42,763 bases of DNA from Armatimonadota bacterium. GTDB taxonomy: Bacteria > Armatimonadota > UBA5829 > DTLH01. The notes below the pieces were generated by a model that searched no databases, was not told the DNA's origin, and saw only the letters and a list, made by a program, of their open reading frames with translations. The stretch is from assembly GCA_039680575.1 (NCBI GenBank), contig JBDKSP010000003.1, positions 1-42,763 on the forward strand, given 5' to 3'. Each line of letters begins with the position of its first letter. Position 1 is the first letter of the stretch. Position numbers and translations under genes: made by a program. Positions 16,729 through 26,519 of the stretch are shown one piece after another.

Positions 16729-18009
16729 ATGCTCAGAAAAATCTATCTGCCGCTTTTGGCAGTTTTGGCAATTATACTCAGCGCTTCGGCACTCTCGGCA
16801 GCACCGATCAGCGTGTCGGCGAAAGATTACGGCGCAAAGGGAGACGGCATAACCGATGACACTGCCGCTATCCAGAAGGCGCTCGATGCAGTAACCAAGA
16901 CACAGGGAATCGTTTACCTTCCGGCAGGAAGCTATAAGATTTCCAACTCGCTCTTTGTGCCGGAAAGGGTGACTTTGATGGGCGAGGGCGAGCGCTGGCA
17001 GAACGCGATTACGAAGCTGGTAATACTTGAGTCCGGTTTTCCGGCTGTACGCTTGAGCCACTGCAGTGGGGTGAAAGCGCTCAAAATCTCTTACCCGAAC
17101 AACAGGGACAACCAGAACCCGAAGCCGTACCCGCCTGCGATACAGCTTGAAGGCATCAATCCCTGCGTGGAAAGCATAGTCTTCGACTGTGCATGGATAG
17201 GCGTTTCCACTAAGCCCGGCGGCTGCAACTCAGGACAGGGGATGTTCCGCGATCTGACCGGGTTCGTCCACCATGTGGGCATCCACCTTTCCGGCTGCAG
17301 GGATGTCAACCGAATTCAGGACGTACACTGGTTTACCGGCGGCGGCGGCGATAGCGCCACATCGTATTTCGACAAGAACCGCATGGGGTTCGAGTTCGGC
17401 GATGTGGACGGCGTGATGATGGACCGATGTTTCATGATAAGAGGTAAAACTTTTCTGCATCAGCTTCACGAAAAAGATACCCCGGATAACAAACCCGAAG
17501 TCGCGCACTCCCTGGCATATCATATAGATGAGTGCTGGATGGAGAATGTGAAATACGGGTTCATATTCGAAGGTCTGACGGGCTTTGTGCTGACCAACAC
17601 GGATATCCTCGTTAAAAACGGCGGGGTAGGGGTCATGGTTGAGCCGGACGGGCTCTTTTACGACGGCGTCATCAGCGCTGTGCAGGTCCGTTCCTACGGC
17701 GGCCCCATAGTGGATATCGAATACGGCTCGAAAAAGCCCCACGCATGGACCAGATTGAGCATCGCGGACTGCCAGCTTCTCGGCGGCGCTCCTGCTATAC
17801 ACCTGAAAGAAGGCGCATATAGGGCAAATATCCATGATTGCCACCTGCGCGCGGAGTCAGACCAGCCCGCGATGATAATAGACCCGGGTGCGGATTACTT
17901 CAACATCTCCAATAACATCATATATACAAGAACAAAGGCCATCAGTGACCTGTCAGGCAAAAAGGCGCACAAAAAGATATCCGGGAACATGGTTGAGGAC
18001 AAAAAGTAG
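16729..18009 (+). CDS. Secreted right-handed beta-helix protein (pectate lyase superfamily / GH28-related)
   Basis: Signal peptide, then SAKDYGAKGDGITDDTAAIQKALD...VYLPAGSY. ATG at 16729 follows GGAGG. Confidence 0.85.
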   Translation: MLRKIYLPLLAVLAIILSASALSAAPISVSAKDYGAKGDGITDDTAAIQKALDAVTKTQGIVYLPAGSYKISNSLFVPERVTLMGEGERWQNAITKLVILESGFPAVRLSHCSGVKALKISYPNNRDNQNPKPYPPAIQLEGINPCVESIVFDCAWIGVSTKPGGCNSGQGMFRDLTGFVHHVGIHLSGCRDVNRIQDVHWFTGGGGDSATSYFDKNRMGFEFGDVDGVMMDRCFMIRGKTFLHQLHEKDTPDNKPEVAHSLAYHIDECWMENVKYGFIFEGLTGFVLTNTDILVKNGGVGVMVEPDGLFYDGVISAVQVRSYGGPIVDIEYGSKKPHAWTRLSIADCQLLGGAPAIHLKEGAYRANIHDCHLRAESDQPAMIIDPGADYFNISNNIIYTRTKAISDLSGKKAHKKISGNMVEDKK

Positions 18010-18068
18010 GTTTTTGGATTATCAGCAAACAAAAACCGTTTTGTCGTGATGAGCGCTGATAGCTAAAT

Positions 18069-19541
18069 TCACACCAGCGTGGCCGCACCGGAGCAGGGTT
18101 TGCATGGGAATACCGCGTCTTCCAGCGCCATAACGCTGACCCCGACATCATTACGCTCTTTCGGCAGATAATCGTGGTAATACCGCTCGACTACGGTCGA
18201 TACGAAATCCGGCACCCCGCTGTCATTTACCAACGCAATGACGCATCCGCCGAACCCCGCACCGGTCAACCTTGCTCCAAGCGCCCCGTTATCCCTGCAG
18301 ATACTGACAAGCGTATCGAGTTCGGGCGTGCTTATCTCATAGTCTTTCGCGCAGCTTTCGTGGGACTGGTTCATAAGTTCTCCGAACCGGTCTATATCCC
18401 CGGCCTTAAGTGTGCGGACGGCATCTTCAACCCGCCTGCCCTCGGTCAGAACGTGTCTTACCCGTTGTTTTACTCTAAACCCGTCCTTCGGTTCCTTGAA
18501 ATATTCGCCGTTTCGCAGCTTGAGCGCTCCGTCTTTCAGCCGGGCAGCCGGAATACCGGCGAGCTTTGCGGCATCTTTGATGGTGAGTCCTCCGTCTGGG
18601 AGCTGATCAATAGCCGCAAGCATCTCTTCTTTCGATAGATGCTTCAGCCCTCCAAGGAACGTCAGGTTCCGTTCCGGTCCCAGCCGGTCCTTCAGGAGAT
18701 TGCCGAGAATAGCTACGCCGAGCCTGCACTCGACTACACGGCGGTTATATTCGTCCCGCGCAGCCCCGGACTTCTCCGCAGCCACAAGGCTGTTGCACAC
18801 GACTATGGAATAGCCGTCCGGCATTGGGACAGAATCCGAAGAAAGCGGGAAAAAGTCGATCTTGAGCGCCTTTTTGCGTTCGGACAGCAGCGATGCCGCC
18901 TGGTCCATACCGCCGCCTTCCGTCCCGACGTACCGCTCGCCGCGTGCAAGGAGTTCAGCCAGGTCTTTTCGCTCGATCACCATACTGTTAGCCGCCGCAA
19001 GCGTGATCGCGGTAGCCACTACCATCGCTGATGAGCTGGAGAGCCCCGAACCGGACGGAACATCACCCATCAAGCAGGCATCGAACCCCTTTAGCGGGCG
19101 AGAAGATACCTCCTGCAGCGCCTGCGTGGCAGCCTTGGGGTAGTTGCCCCAGTTGCCCGGCGCATACGGCCTGATTTTAGTGGATATATCAAAACTCCTG
19201 GGAGGGAAATAGCAGCTTACATTTACCAGGTTTATCCGCCGGTCCTTACGCGGGGCAAAAATAACCACCACATCGCGTTCTATTGCCATCGGGAGCACCG
19301 GCAGCCCGTTATAATCGATATGTTCGCCTATCAGGTTCACCCTTCCGGGCGCCCGGGCGATAGAAACCCGCTTGGCGTCAGGAAACGCTTCCATGAACCT
19401 GCAGAGCGCCGCGAGATACCTGGTGCGCTGGTATCTCATATCCGCGCCAGGACTATAGCTTTCAGCCAGAAACTCCTCGATGGATCCGGTAAGGTCTCCG
19501 CCCCCCTGCAGGGCTTTTTCGAGCTCTTTTGCGTCAATCAT
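18069..19541 (-). CDS. galK: GHMP sugar kinase, galactokinase / N-acetylgalactosamine kinase (GALK2-like)
   Basis: RVNLIGEHIDY, PSGSGLSSSS, ERYVGTEGGGMDQ, GARLTGAGFGG. Confidence 0.88.
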   Translation of the reverse strand: MIDAKELEKALQGGGDLTGSIEEFLAESYSPGADMRYQRTRYLAALCRFMEAFPDAKRVSIARAPGRVNLIGEHIDYNGLPVLPMAIERDVVVIFAPRKDRRINLVNVSCYFPPRSFDISTKIRPYAPGNWGNYPKAATQALQEVSSRPLKGFDACLMGDVPSGSGLSSSSAMVVATAITLAAANSMVIERKDLAELLARGERYVGTEGGGMDQAASLLSERKKALKIDFFPLSSDSVPMPDGYSIVVCNSLVAAEKSGAARDEYNRRVVECRLGVAILGNLLKDRLGPERNLTFLGGLKHLSKEEMLAAIDQLPDGGLTIKDAAKLAGIPAARLKDGALKLRNGEYFKEPKDGFRVKQRVRHVLTEGRRVEDAVRTLKAGDIDRFGELMNQSHESCAKDYEISTPELDTLVSICRDNGALGARLTGAGFGGCVIALVNDSGVPDFVSTVVERYYHDYLPKERNDVGVSVMALEDAVFPCKPCSGAATLV

Positions 19542-20287
19542 TGCTCCCTCTCCAACAATTCAGATGCATGTCCTATGTCTTCCGGCCTGCCGACATCACA
19601 CCAGATGCCCGACATCCTGTGCCCCCGCACGAATCTTCCGTCCGCAAGCATCGAATCGACCGCATCGGTCAGCTCATACTCTCCTCTTGGACTCGGCACG
19701 AGCCTGCCGGTGTAATCGAAAACGGTGTGAGAAAAGACGAATATCCCGGCCTGGTTCCAGTTCGTGGACGATTGCCCCACGGGCGGCTTTTCGACTATCT
19801 TTTCCACCCGGCTGTTCTCATTCAGATAGACCGCGGCTCCGGCCGATGGATCGTCCACCCAGTTGAGCGCGAGCAATGCATCGCAGGGCGAAGCGCCGAA
19901 ATCCGAAATAAGGGACAGGTAGGTGTCGGTAGAAGCAAGTATGTCTCCGAACGTCGCTATAAACGGTTCGCCGCCGACTGCTTCCACTGCCGAGTGGACC
20001 GCGCTTCCGGTGCCGTTCGGCTCGGGCTGGTGGACATAGCTGATTTTTACGCCGAATTTAGAACCGTCAGAAAAGTAGTCCTCGATAATATGGCCGAGAT
20101 ACCCTGTCACGATAACAAAACGGTCGATCCCGGCATCTTTCAGCCTCGTTACGACGTGCTCCAGCATAGGCTTTCCGCCAACAGTAAGCATGTGTTTCGG
20201 TGTGGATAATGTGAGGCTTTTCATCCTGCTGCCCTTACCGGCTGCAAGAATGACTGCAAGTGTAGGCACTGTAGTTTTGGAGACCAT
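19538..20287 (-). CDS. Sugar-1-phosphate nucleotidyltransferase (NTP_transferase family)
   Basis: ILAAGKGSRM, PKHML, QPEPNGTG, FGD, VEKP, RGEYELTD, WCDVG. Its stop overlaps the kinase start (ATGA). Confidence 0.9.
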   Translation of the reverse strand: MVSKTTVPTLAVILAAGKGSRMKSLTLSTPKHMLTVGGKPMLEHVVTRLKDAGIDRFVIVTGYLGHIIEDYFSDGSKFGVKISYVHQPEPNGTGSAVHSAVEAVGGEPFIATFGDILASTDTYLSLISDFGASPCDALLALNWVDDPSAGAAVYLNENSRVEKIVEKPPVGQSSTNWNQAGIFVFSHTVFDYTGRLVPSPRGEYELTDAVDSMLADGRFVRGHRMSGIWCDVGRPEDIGHASELLEREQ

Positions 20288-20447
20288 AACTAGAAAATAT
20301 CGGGGTCTTTATGTCAGTCTGTTATTCACCCGCTCCCAGGCATTATATTACCCAATCCTGGTATATTTATCAAGCTGAAGAGCGGTCCGATATGTTCCGA
20401 TAATAAAAACATTGAGTGAAGCGAATTATGTGGGTTAGGCAAAAATT

Positions 20448-21440
20448 ATGAGTGATACTACAAACAATAATAAGAACATCCTTATAGTAAGCAGCAATGG
20501 TACACTGCGTAAACGGCTTGAGGAAGGCCTCAAGGCTGCCGGGTATGTGACTGCTTCGGCTCCCGATGGGGAGACTGCGCTCATAATGCTCAAAAGGCAG
20601 AAGGTCGACATATCGATAACCAGTCTGGACCTCATGGGTATGAACGGTGTCCAGCTATGCCGCGCGGTCATCCGTGTGCATCCTCATTTACCGGTCGTTA
20701 TAATGTCGCCGGCTCCTGATGCGCAGCAGGTGGCACTGGCACTTTCCGGCGGCGCAGCCGATCTCGTAAGCGAATCGACGACACCTGAGGAAATGGTGTC
20801 TGTTATCGAACACAACATCGAGCGAAGAGTTACGCCGACGCGGCGGATCATAAACGACAGGGCGGATACTCTTTTCAAGACTATCCGCGTGCTGACCGCT
20901 GCAATTGATGCCAAGTCTCACTTCGCGGCGAGACACTCCAGCCGGGTCACACAGCTCAGTATGGTAATCGCAAAACGGCTTGGACTGACGGAAGACCGGA
21001 TGGCGACACTCGAGCTTGCGGCGCAGTTACACGACATCGGCAAGATCGGAACGCCTGATACGGTACTCACAAAACCGGACGTACTGACGGATGATGAATG
21101 GGTAGACGTGCTGAAGCATCCGGCTATGGGAAGCACATTCCTGGCCGGTATTCCCGAGCTTACGGAGGTTTCATCGGTCGTGCGCCATCATCATGAGAAT
21201 TTTGACGGGACAGGTTACCCGGACGGACTTCAGGGAGAAGCTATTCCGCTCCTCTCCCGGATAATCACTATTGCTGATGCTTACGAGGCTATGACAAGCG
21301 AGAGGCCTTACAGGCAGGCCAAAACCCATGAACAAGCCGCAGAAGAGCTCCGCCGCAACTCCGGCAAACAATTCGATGCTTCGCTGGTCGAACACCTCCT
21401 GTCGTATTTTTCCGATAGCAACGAAAGGAAGGCTGCGTGA
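20448..21440 (+). CDS. HD-GYP cyclic-dinucleotide phosphodiesterase with a degenerate receiver domain
   Basis: HSSRV, LHDIGK, KHP, HHHE, GYP, ADAYEAMTSERPYR. The receiver lacks the acidic pocket and the phospho-Asp. Confidence 0.9.
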   Translation: MSDTTNNNKNILIVSSNGTLRKRLEEGLKAAGYVTASAPDGETALIMLKRQKVDISITSLDLMGMNGVQLCRAVIRVHPHLPVVIMSPAPDAQQVALALSGGAADLVSESTTPEEMVSVIEHNIERRVTPTRRIINDRADTLFKTIRVLTAAIDAKSHFAARHSSRVTQLSMVIAKRLGLTEDRMATLELAAQLHDIGKIGTPDTVLTKPDVLTDDEWVDVLKHPAMGSTFLAGIPELTEVSSVVRHHHENFDGTGYPDGLQGEAIPLLSRIITIADAYEAMTSERPYRQAKTHEQAAEELRRNSGKQFDASLVEHLLSYFSDSNERKAA

Positions 21441-23068
21441 GCAGTGACCAGCCAAGCAACTATAATAGCGGCATCATTATAGCGAGACCCGTAGGCGAAG
21501 AAACGGAAAAACACACACCGCGAAACAAACGCTGGATTATTGCCGCCGCCGTGACGCTTTTTGCCGCCATGGCGTTCGAAATTCGGGACCTGTTCAATCC
21601 GCGGATGTCCATTGCGGAGCGCGCAGCAGTATTACTGCGTCTCTTTGTGCTGTGCATCGCCTCCGGCGGAGCGAGCTACCTCTACACGGTAGCCTCCAGG
21701 CTCAAAAAGGCCAACCGGACATTGACTGATGACCTCAGTTCGCATACACAGCTCCTTGAGGAAAAAAGCGCGCAGCTTGAGCGGATAAAGCAATTATCGG
21801 AATCTCTTATCAACCAGGTAGACCTCAAGTCCACTCTGGACCTCGCGCTTGAAATGGCAACCAGTGTAATAGGAGCCCGAACGGCTTCAATTATGCTGCT
21901 CGATCCATCCCGTGAGGTGCTTACCATCTCCGCAGCAAGAGGCCTGGAAAAAGAGATAATCGAAAACACTCGCGTAAAAGTCGGGGAAGGGCTCTCCGGG
22001 CTCGTCGCAAAGGAAGGCGAAGCTATCGTCATAAACAGCGACAGCCTGAGTGAAAAGCTCGCGCCGCTTGCGCAGCGAAAGAACAAGATAATGTCCGCAA
22101 TCATAGCTCCTATCAAGATGGATGGGGAAATCCGCGGGGTCATCAATGTCTCGGATAAGCATGGCTCTGAAAAGTGGGATAAAGAAGACCTCTCAGCCGT
22201 ATCGACGCTTGCCTCTCAGGCCGCAATGGTACTTAGAAAGATCGAGCTGTACGATAACCTGCAGGAACAGGTCGCAATGCTGAGAGACGCGCTCAATGAG
22301 CTCAAGACCACCCAGGCGGGGTTGATACAGTCCGAAAAAATGGCGTCCATAGGCCAGTTGGCCGGGGGTATCGCCCATGAGATCAATAACCCTCTTATGG
22401 TAATCCTCGGGCGGGCGGAGTTCGCTCTTCAGAAGCTGCTGCCTTACGAACCGGTCGCAAAGGACCTGCGGATTATCCATACGCAGACTGAGCGGATAGC
22501 CGAGATCGTGCGTAACCTGCTCGATTATTCACGGGTGAACAAGGCCGATGATTTCCGGGCGGTCAATATAAACGAAATTATCGAAAATACCCTGGCTCTT
22601 ACCGAGCACCAGGTAATAAAACACAACATTACTGTTGTGCGTGAACTCGCGGACGGCCTCCCAAGCGTATGGGGCAACCCGGGGCAGCTCAACCAGGTGT
22701 TCGTGAATATAGTTCTCAATGCATACCAGGCTATGGCTAAGAAAGGCGGCAGCCTGACTATATCGACCCGTGAAGAGGATGGTAAAGTGGTCGCCGGATT
22801 CCGGGATACCGGCACCGGAATCCTTCCCGAAAACAAAGAAAAGATATTCGAACCGTTCTTCACGACCAAAAACGAGTCTGAAGGGACGGGACTCGGCCTT
22901 GCCATCAGCCGCGGTATAGTGCATACGCATGGCGGCAGGATAGAAGTCAAAAGCGAACCAGATAAAGGAGCCGAGTTTGCGGTAGAATTGCCGGTATCCG
23001 AACAGGCGACAATGCCTCTGCAGGAGAAAAGAGATAATGAGCAAAAAGCACATTATGGTTGTGGATGA
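21437..23068 (+). CDS. Membrane sensor histidine kinase (2 TM, GAF, HisKA, HATPase)
   Basis: Two TM segments; GAF (GEGLSG, IIAPI, GVINV); H-box AHEINNPL; N box NAYQA; DTGTG, FEPFFTTK and GTGLGL. GTGA overlap with the upstream gene. Confidence 0.93.
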   Translation: MSSDQPSNYNSGIIIARPVGEETEKHTPRNKRWIIAAAVTLFAAMAFEIRDLFNPRMSIAERAAVLLRLFVLCIASGGASYLYTVASRLKKANRTLTDDLSSHTQLLEEKSAQLERIKQLSESLINQVDLKSTLDLALEMATSVIGARTASIMLLDPSREVLTISAARGLEKEIIENTRVKVGEGLSGLVAKEGEAIVINSDSLSEKLAPLAQRKNKIMSAIIAPIKMDGEIRGVINVSDKHGSEKWDKEDLSAVSTLASQAAMVLRKIELYDNLQEQVAMLRDALNELKTTQAGLIQSEKMASIGQLAGGIAHEINNPLMVILGRAEFALQKLLPYEPVAKDLRIIHTQTERIAEIVRNLLDYSRVNKADDFRAVNINEIIENTLALTEHQVIKHNITVVRELADGLPSVWGNPGQLNQVFVNIVLNAYQAMAKKGGSLTISTREEDGKVVAGFRDTGTGILPENKEKIFEPFFTTKNESEGTGLGLAISRGIVHTHGGRIEVKSEPDKGAEFAVELPVSEQATMPLQEKRDNEQKAHYGCG

Positions 23069-23426
23069 CGAAAAGGAAATTCGCGAGTTGTTCCGTGACG
23101 TGCTGGAAAACCAGGGCTACGAAGTCACTGTATGCGAAAATGGAACCGACGCGATCAAATGTCTTGAAGAAAGACCGGTATTCGCAGCCTTCGTTGATAT
23201 CCGCATGCCCGGAATGGATGGGGTAGAGACTCTGAGACTGATGAAAGAGGTCAACCCCGATACTCAAGTCGTCATGATTACCGGTTACACGCGAAACGAA
23301 TCAGTGGACAAAGCCTTGAAGCTCGGCTGTTTTGTCTGTATGATGAAGCCGTTCAAGCTGCAGGATATAATGAGCGTAATCACCATCCTCGAGGCAGGGC
23401 TGGACGAGCTGCCGCTCGCCGCCTAA
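23037..23426 (+). CDS. Single-domain response regulator
   Basis: VVDD, phospho-acceptor D in VDIRMPGMDG, ITG, KPF; overlaps the 3' end of the kinase. Confidence 0.92.
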   Translation: MSKKHIMVVDDEKEIRELFRDVLENQGYEVTVCENGTDAIKCLEERPVFAAFVDIRMPGMDGVETLRLMKEVNPDTQVVMITGYTRNESVDKALKLGCFVCMMKPFKLQDIMSVITILEAGLDELPLAA

Positions 23427-23496
23427 GTGATTTCCGGTTTTGATAGCAACTTGCTATTCTAAGTAATATCCTGTCTTAATAGCGGGTCAGATCGAT

Positions 23497-23554
23497 GTAG
23501 TGGCCGGTCTCCGTGCCGGCCATCTACCCCGTGGACCCACCGGACCACGGGGAG
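23497..23554. repeat. GTAG-type REP-like composite palindromes
   Basis: GTAG-TGGCCGG...CCGGCCA-TCTAC plus CCCCGTGG...CCACGGGG. 22 bp (23500-23521) are identical to 28975-28996. Confidence 0.75.
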
Positions 23555-23595
23555 CTCCGCAGGAGCCGGACTCTACTAGAAACGGAGACTACTTA

Positions 23596-23623
23596 GCCCG
23601 TATTGTTCGCAGAAAATACGGGC
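23596..23623. terminator. Hairpin between convergent genes
   Basis: GCCCGTATT / AATACGGGC 9-bp stem. Confidence 0.45.
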
Positions 23624-23686
23624 ATGAACGCAGTGAAGAATCTCAATCTGTGGGAATTTGAGACCCTGCTGCGGCGCAGGATGACA
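23624..23686. repeat. Degenerate palindromic repeat (...GAACGCAGTGAAGAATCTC ... GAGA...CAGGATGACA type)
   Basis: Resembles the widespread GTCATCCTGAGCGCAGCGAAGGATCTC/GAGATCC...CAGGATGAC intergenic repeats. Confidence 0.45.
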
Positions 23687-23719
23687 TAATTGTCTGCCAG
23701 CTAACATGAGCGGCTATTA

Positions 23720-24658
23720 CTACCATCCATCTACGGAGGTTATCCATTTATAGGCATCTACCTGGTGTGCATCCAACTGATGCATGCCATTTTTGTTCCA
23801 TCCGTGGCCGTTGCCTGTCAGCACCGGGCTTTCCTGCAGCTCTCTTTCTTCATAACTTTTAGTCGTAAGCTTCACTATCTGGAAAGCCCTAACCTGGCTG
23901 CCATAGGCAGGTTTGCCATTCTGAGCGAACCTGATTATCCTGTTGTCGAGGAACAATATTCTACCCGCGCATCTTGCCTTTGCCGTGTCATTACGAATGA
24001 TTGGACTGCATGGATGCTCGACCCACGGGCCCATCAGGTGTTCGGAGTAAAATAGTCTGGCAGTATGATTGAACTGGCACACGAACATCCACCATTTGTT
24101 CGCATACTGGAAGATCGACGGGTCAGTAAAGTTGCCTTTTATCAGGGGTTTGACATACTCCCAGCGTGTTGGAAAGTTGGTTGCTCGGTAAATCCGGACA
24201 GCCTTGCCAGCCCTGCTCTCAGGGATCATGTAGTAGTGCTCCCTGTATTTGAACACATAGGGATAGGACAGGTGGAACGGCTCCGTCAGTACTATCTGCC
24301 TGTAATTCCAATTGAGCCCGTCTTTACTGTTGGCAACGCCGATCTCTCCACGTGCCGTACGGTCATTCATAACCTCAAAGAACATATACCAGTCGGATTT
24401 TGTCCTTATCATGAACGGATCAGCAAGATAATCCGCTGTTACATCCGTAACATCATTCGCAGTCAATACCGGGTTTTTCGTGCCTGGTACCGGCGAGAGA
24501 ACCAAAGGAGAACGTCCTTCCATAATACCAATCGACCAGTTACGGCATTTCCTTATATGGAACCTGAGAGCCGGGTTCTCTGCATGCAGCATGACTCCCA
24601 GACTAAGGATAAGACACCCTAACAATATAGCGATGAAAAACTTGCGGTGGACTATCAT
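23720..24658 (-). CDS. Secreted five-bladed beta-propeller glycosidase-like protein (GH43/GINT1 N-terminal-like)
   Basis: WSIG, NPVL, LADPF, FFE, HLSYPYVF, YMIPES, DPSI, GPWVEHP, GMHQLD. Signal-like N-terminus from ATG 24658. Confidence 0.8.
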   Translation of the reverse strand: MIVHRKFFIAILLGCLILSLGVMLHAENPALRFHIRKCRNWSIGIMEGRSPLVLSPVPGTKNPVLTANDVTDVTADYLADPFMIRTKSDWYMFFEVMNDRTARGEIGVANSKDGLNWNYRQIVLTEPFHLSYPYVFKYREHYYMIPESRAGKAVRIYRATNFPTRWEYVKPLIKGNFTDPSIFQYANKWWMFVCQFNHTARLFYSEHLMGPWVEHPCSPIIRNDTAKARCAGRILFLDNRIIRFAQNGKPAYGSQVRAFQIVKLTTKSYEERELQESPVLTGNGHGWNKNGMHQLDAHQVDAYKWITSVDGW

Positions 24659-24819
24659 ATCGGTTCCAATGTTGTTTGCGCTCGAGATTGCACCAAGCGT
24701 AGCACAAAACCGGCAATCGCGCAACTATTTATTGACTATGTTTACATCGATTTAGCATAGATGGCGTAAGTACGTCAGCTGCCGCTAGAGGCCGGAAGAA
24801 TATACGAAGAAACCTATGG

Positions 24820-24855
24820 ATATGGCCGGACTGAAGCTGTGTAGTCCGGCCATAT
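24820..24855 (-). terminator. Hairpin immediately after nuoCD
   Basis: ATATGGCCGGACT / AGTCCGGCCATAT 13-bp stem 5 nt past the stop; weak U tract. Confidence 0.65.
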
Positions 24856-24860
24856 TTACA

Positions 24861-26516
24861 TTATCTGTCGACTTCACCGAGTATTATGTCGATGGTGCCG
24901 AGCGTAGCTATTACATCAGCAACCTTCCAGCCGCGCACCATTTGCGGAAGCGCCTGAAGGTTAATGAACGACGGAGCTCTCAACTTCAATCTGTAAGGTT
25001 TCGGACTGCCGTCGCTTACAAGATATACACCGAGGTCGCCGCGCGAAGACTCGATGTGATGGTACACCTCACCCTCCGGCAGTTTGAAGACCGGCGGCAT
25101 TTTGTATTCGAGCTTGCCTTCGGGAAGTCCGTCAAGCGCCTGCTCTATTATCTTCAGACTCTCGCGGATTTCCTTCATCCTGACATTATACCTTGCGAGG
25201 CAGTCGCCTTCAGGGCATGTCGCAACTTCGAAATCGAAGCGGTCGTAGATCGAGTAAGGTTCGGACCGGCGGACATCATAAGCGACACCGGAACCTCTCA
25301 GTGTAGGGCCACTCAAGCCATAATCCACCGCATCTTTGGCGCTTATCGGCCCAACACTCCGCGTCCTGATGAGGAATATCTCATTTTCGGTGAGCAGAGT
25401 ATCATACTCGGCCAGCATTTTGCGTTGTTTCTGGATGTATTCGCGGCATTTTGCCTCGAACCCAGTGGGAAGATCACGGCTCACGCCACCCGGACGGAAG
25501 TAGTTGTAAGTAAGTCTTGCGCCGCAGACCATCTCGAAGAGGTTGAGTATATCCTCTCTCTCCCTGAATGCATAGAGGAAGGGAGTAGTTGCGCCAAGAT
25601 CGAGTCCAAAGGTCCCGAAAAAGACAAGATGGCTTGCAATCCGCTGAAGCTCCATCATAATGACACGGATGTACTCCGCTCTCTCCGGGACTTCAATGCC
25701 GCCCAGCTTTTCGAGGGTCTGAACATAAACCGCGTTATTCAGCATCGATGAGAGATAATCGAGCCTGTCCGTAATCGGGATAAACTGGATGTATGTCCGC
25801 ATCTCGGCAAGCTTTTCTATACCTCGATGCAGGTAGCCGACATCCGGCCTGCAGTCGACGACTATTTCGCCGTCGAGTACGACCTCCAGCCTTAAAACAC
25901 CGTGAGTACTGGGGTGCTGCGGACCCATGCTGAGCTGGATTTCCTCTGTTCTCAGCCTGCCGGGCTCATCGCATACAAGCTCTCCGCCGGGAGTCTTGTA
26001 GCATACCGGCTCTTCAGCCTTCGGATCGTCCTCCCCAAGCTCTGACCAGTCCTTAGGCAGGAAATGGCGGTCATCCTCAGGAATTACATAATCTTTCCGA
26101 AGCGGATAACCTTCCCACCCTTCCGGCAGCAGTATTCGCTTGAGATTCGGGTGGCCGGTGAACCTGACGCCCAGGAGGTCGTATACCTCCCGCTCCTGCC
26201 AGTCAGCGCCCTTCCAGACGGAGACAACCGATTCGATCTCAGGGTCCTCATGGTCGAGATCGGTCTTCAGAACGACCTTCTCGCCCTTTGAAAGGGATGT
26301 CAGATGGTAGAGCATCTCAATCCGGTCGTTCCAGTCGGTACCCGTTATACTGGCGGGGTAATCAAAGCCGAGTTCGGGCTGATCTTTTAAAAACCGGCTG
26401 ATGGAAACAAGCGATTCAGGTGCAATCTTCAGTACCAACTCGCCATTTGTCGCATCCGACTCAAGCACTGCATCAGGGAAGCCCTGCCTTACCGCAGATT
26501 CAACTAGCTCGCTCAC
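24861..26516 (-). CDS. nuoCD: NADH-quinone oxidoreductase subunits C/D, fused
   Basis: NuoC part WQEREVYDLLGVRFTGHPNLKRIL...PLRKD; NuoD part MGPQHPSTHGVLRL, GYLHRGIEK, DRLDY, DIILGEVDR. Confidence 0.95.
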   Translation of the reverse strand: MSELVESAVRQGFPDAVLESDATNGELVLKIAPESLVSISRFLKDQPELGFDYPASITGTDWNDRIEMLYHLTSLSKGEKVVLKTDLDHEDPEIESVVSVWKGADWQEREVYDLLGVRFTGHPNLKRILLPEGWEGYPLRKDYVIPEDDRHFLPKDWSELGEDDPKAEEPVCYKTPGGELVCDEPGRLRTEEIQLSMGPQHPSTHGVLRLEVVLDGEIVVDCRPDVGYLHRGIEKLAEMRTYIQFIPITDRLDYLSSMLNNAVYVQTLEKLGGIEVPERAEYIRVIMMELQRIASHLVFFGTFGLDLGATTPFLYAFREREDILNLFEMVCGARLTYNYFRPGGVSRDLPTGFEAKCREYIQKQRKMLAEYDTLLTENEIFLIRTRSVGPISAKDAVDYGLSGPTLRGSGVAYDVRRSEPYSIYDRFDFEVATCPEGDCLARYNVRMKEIRESLKIIEQALDGLPEGKLEYKMPPVFKLPEGEVYHHIESSRGDLGVYLVSDGSPKPYRLKLRAPSFINLQALPQMVRGWKVADVIATLGTIDIILGEVDR

Positions 26517-26519
26517 GGG

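Noticed and set aside
24861..26516. Group 4 [NiFe]-hydrogenase large subunit
   Set aside because: There are no CxxC nickel-binding motifs; DRLDY and the terminal GEVDR are complex I NuoD signatures.
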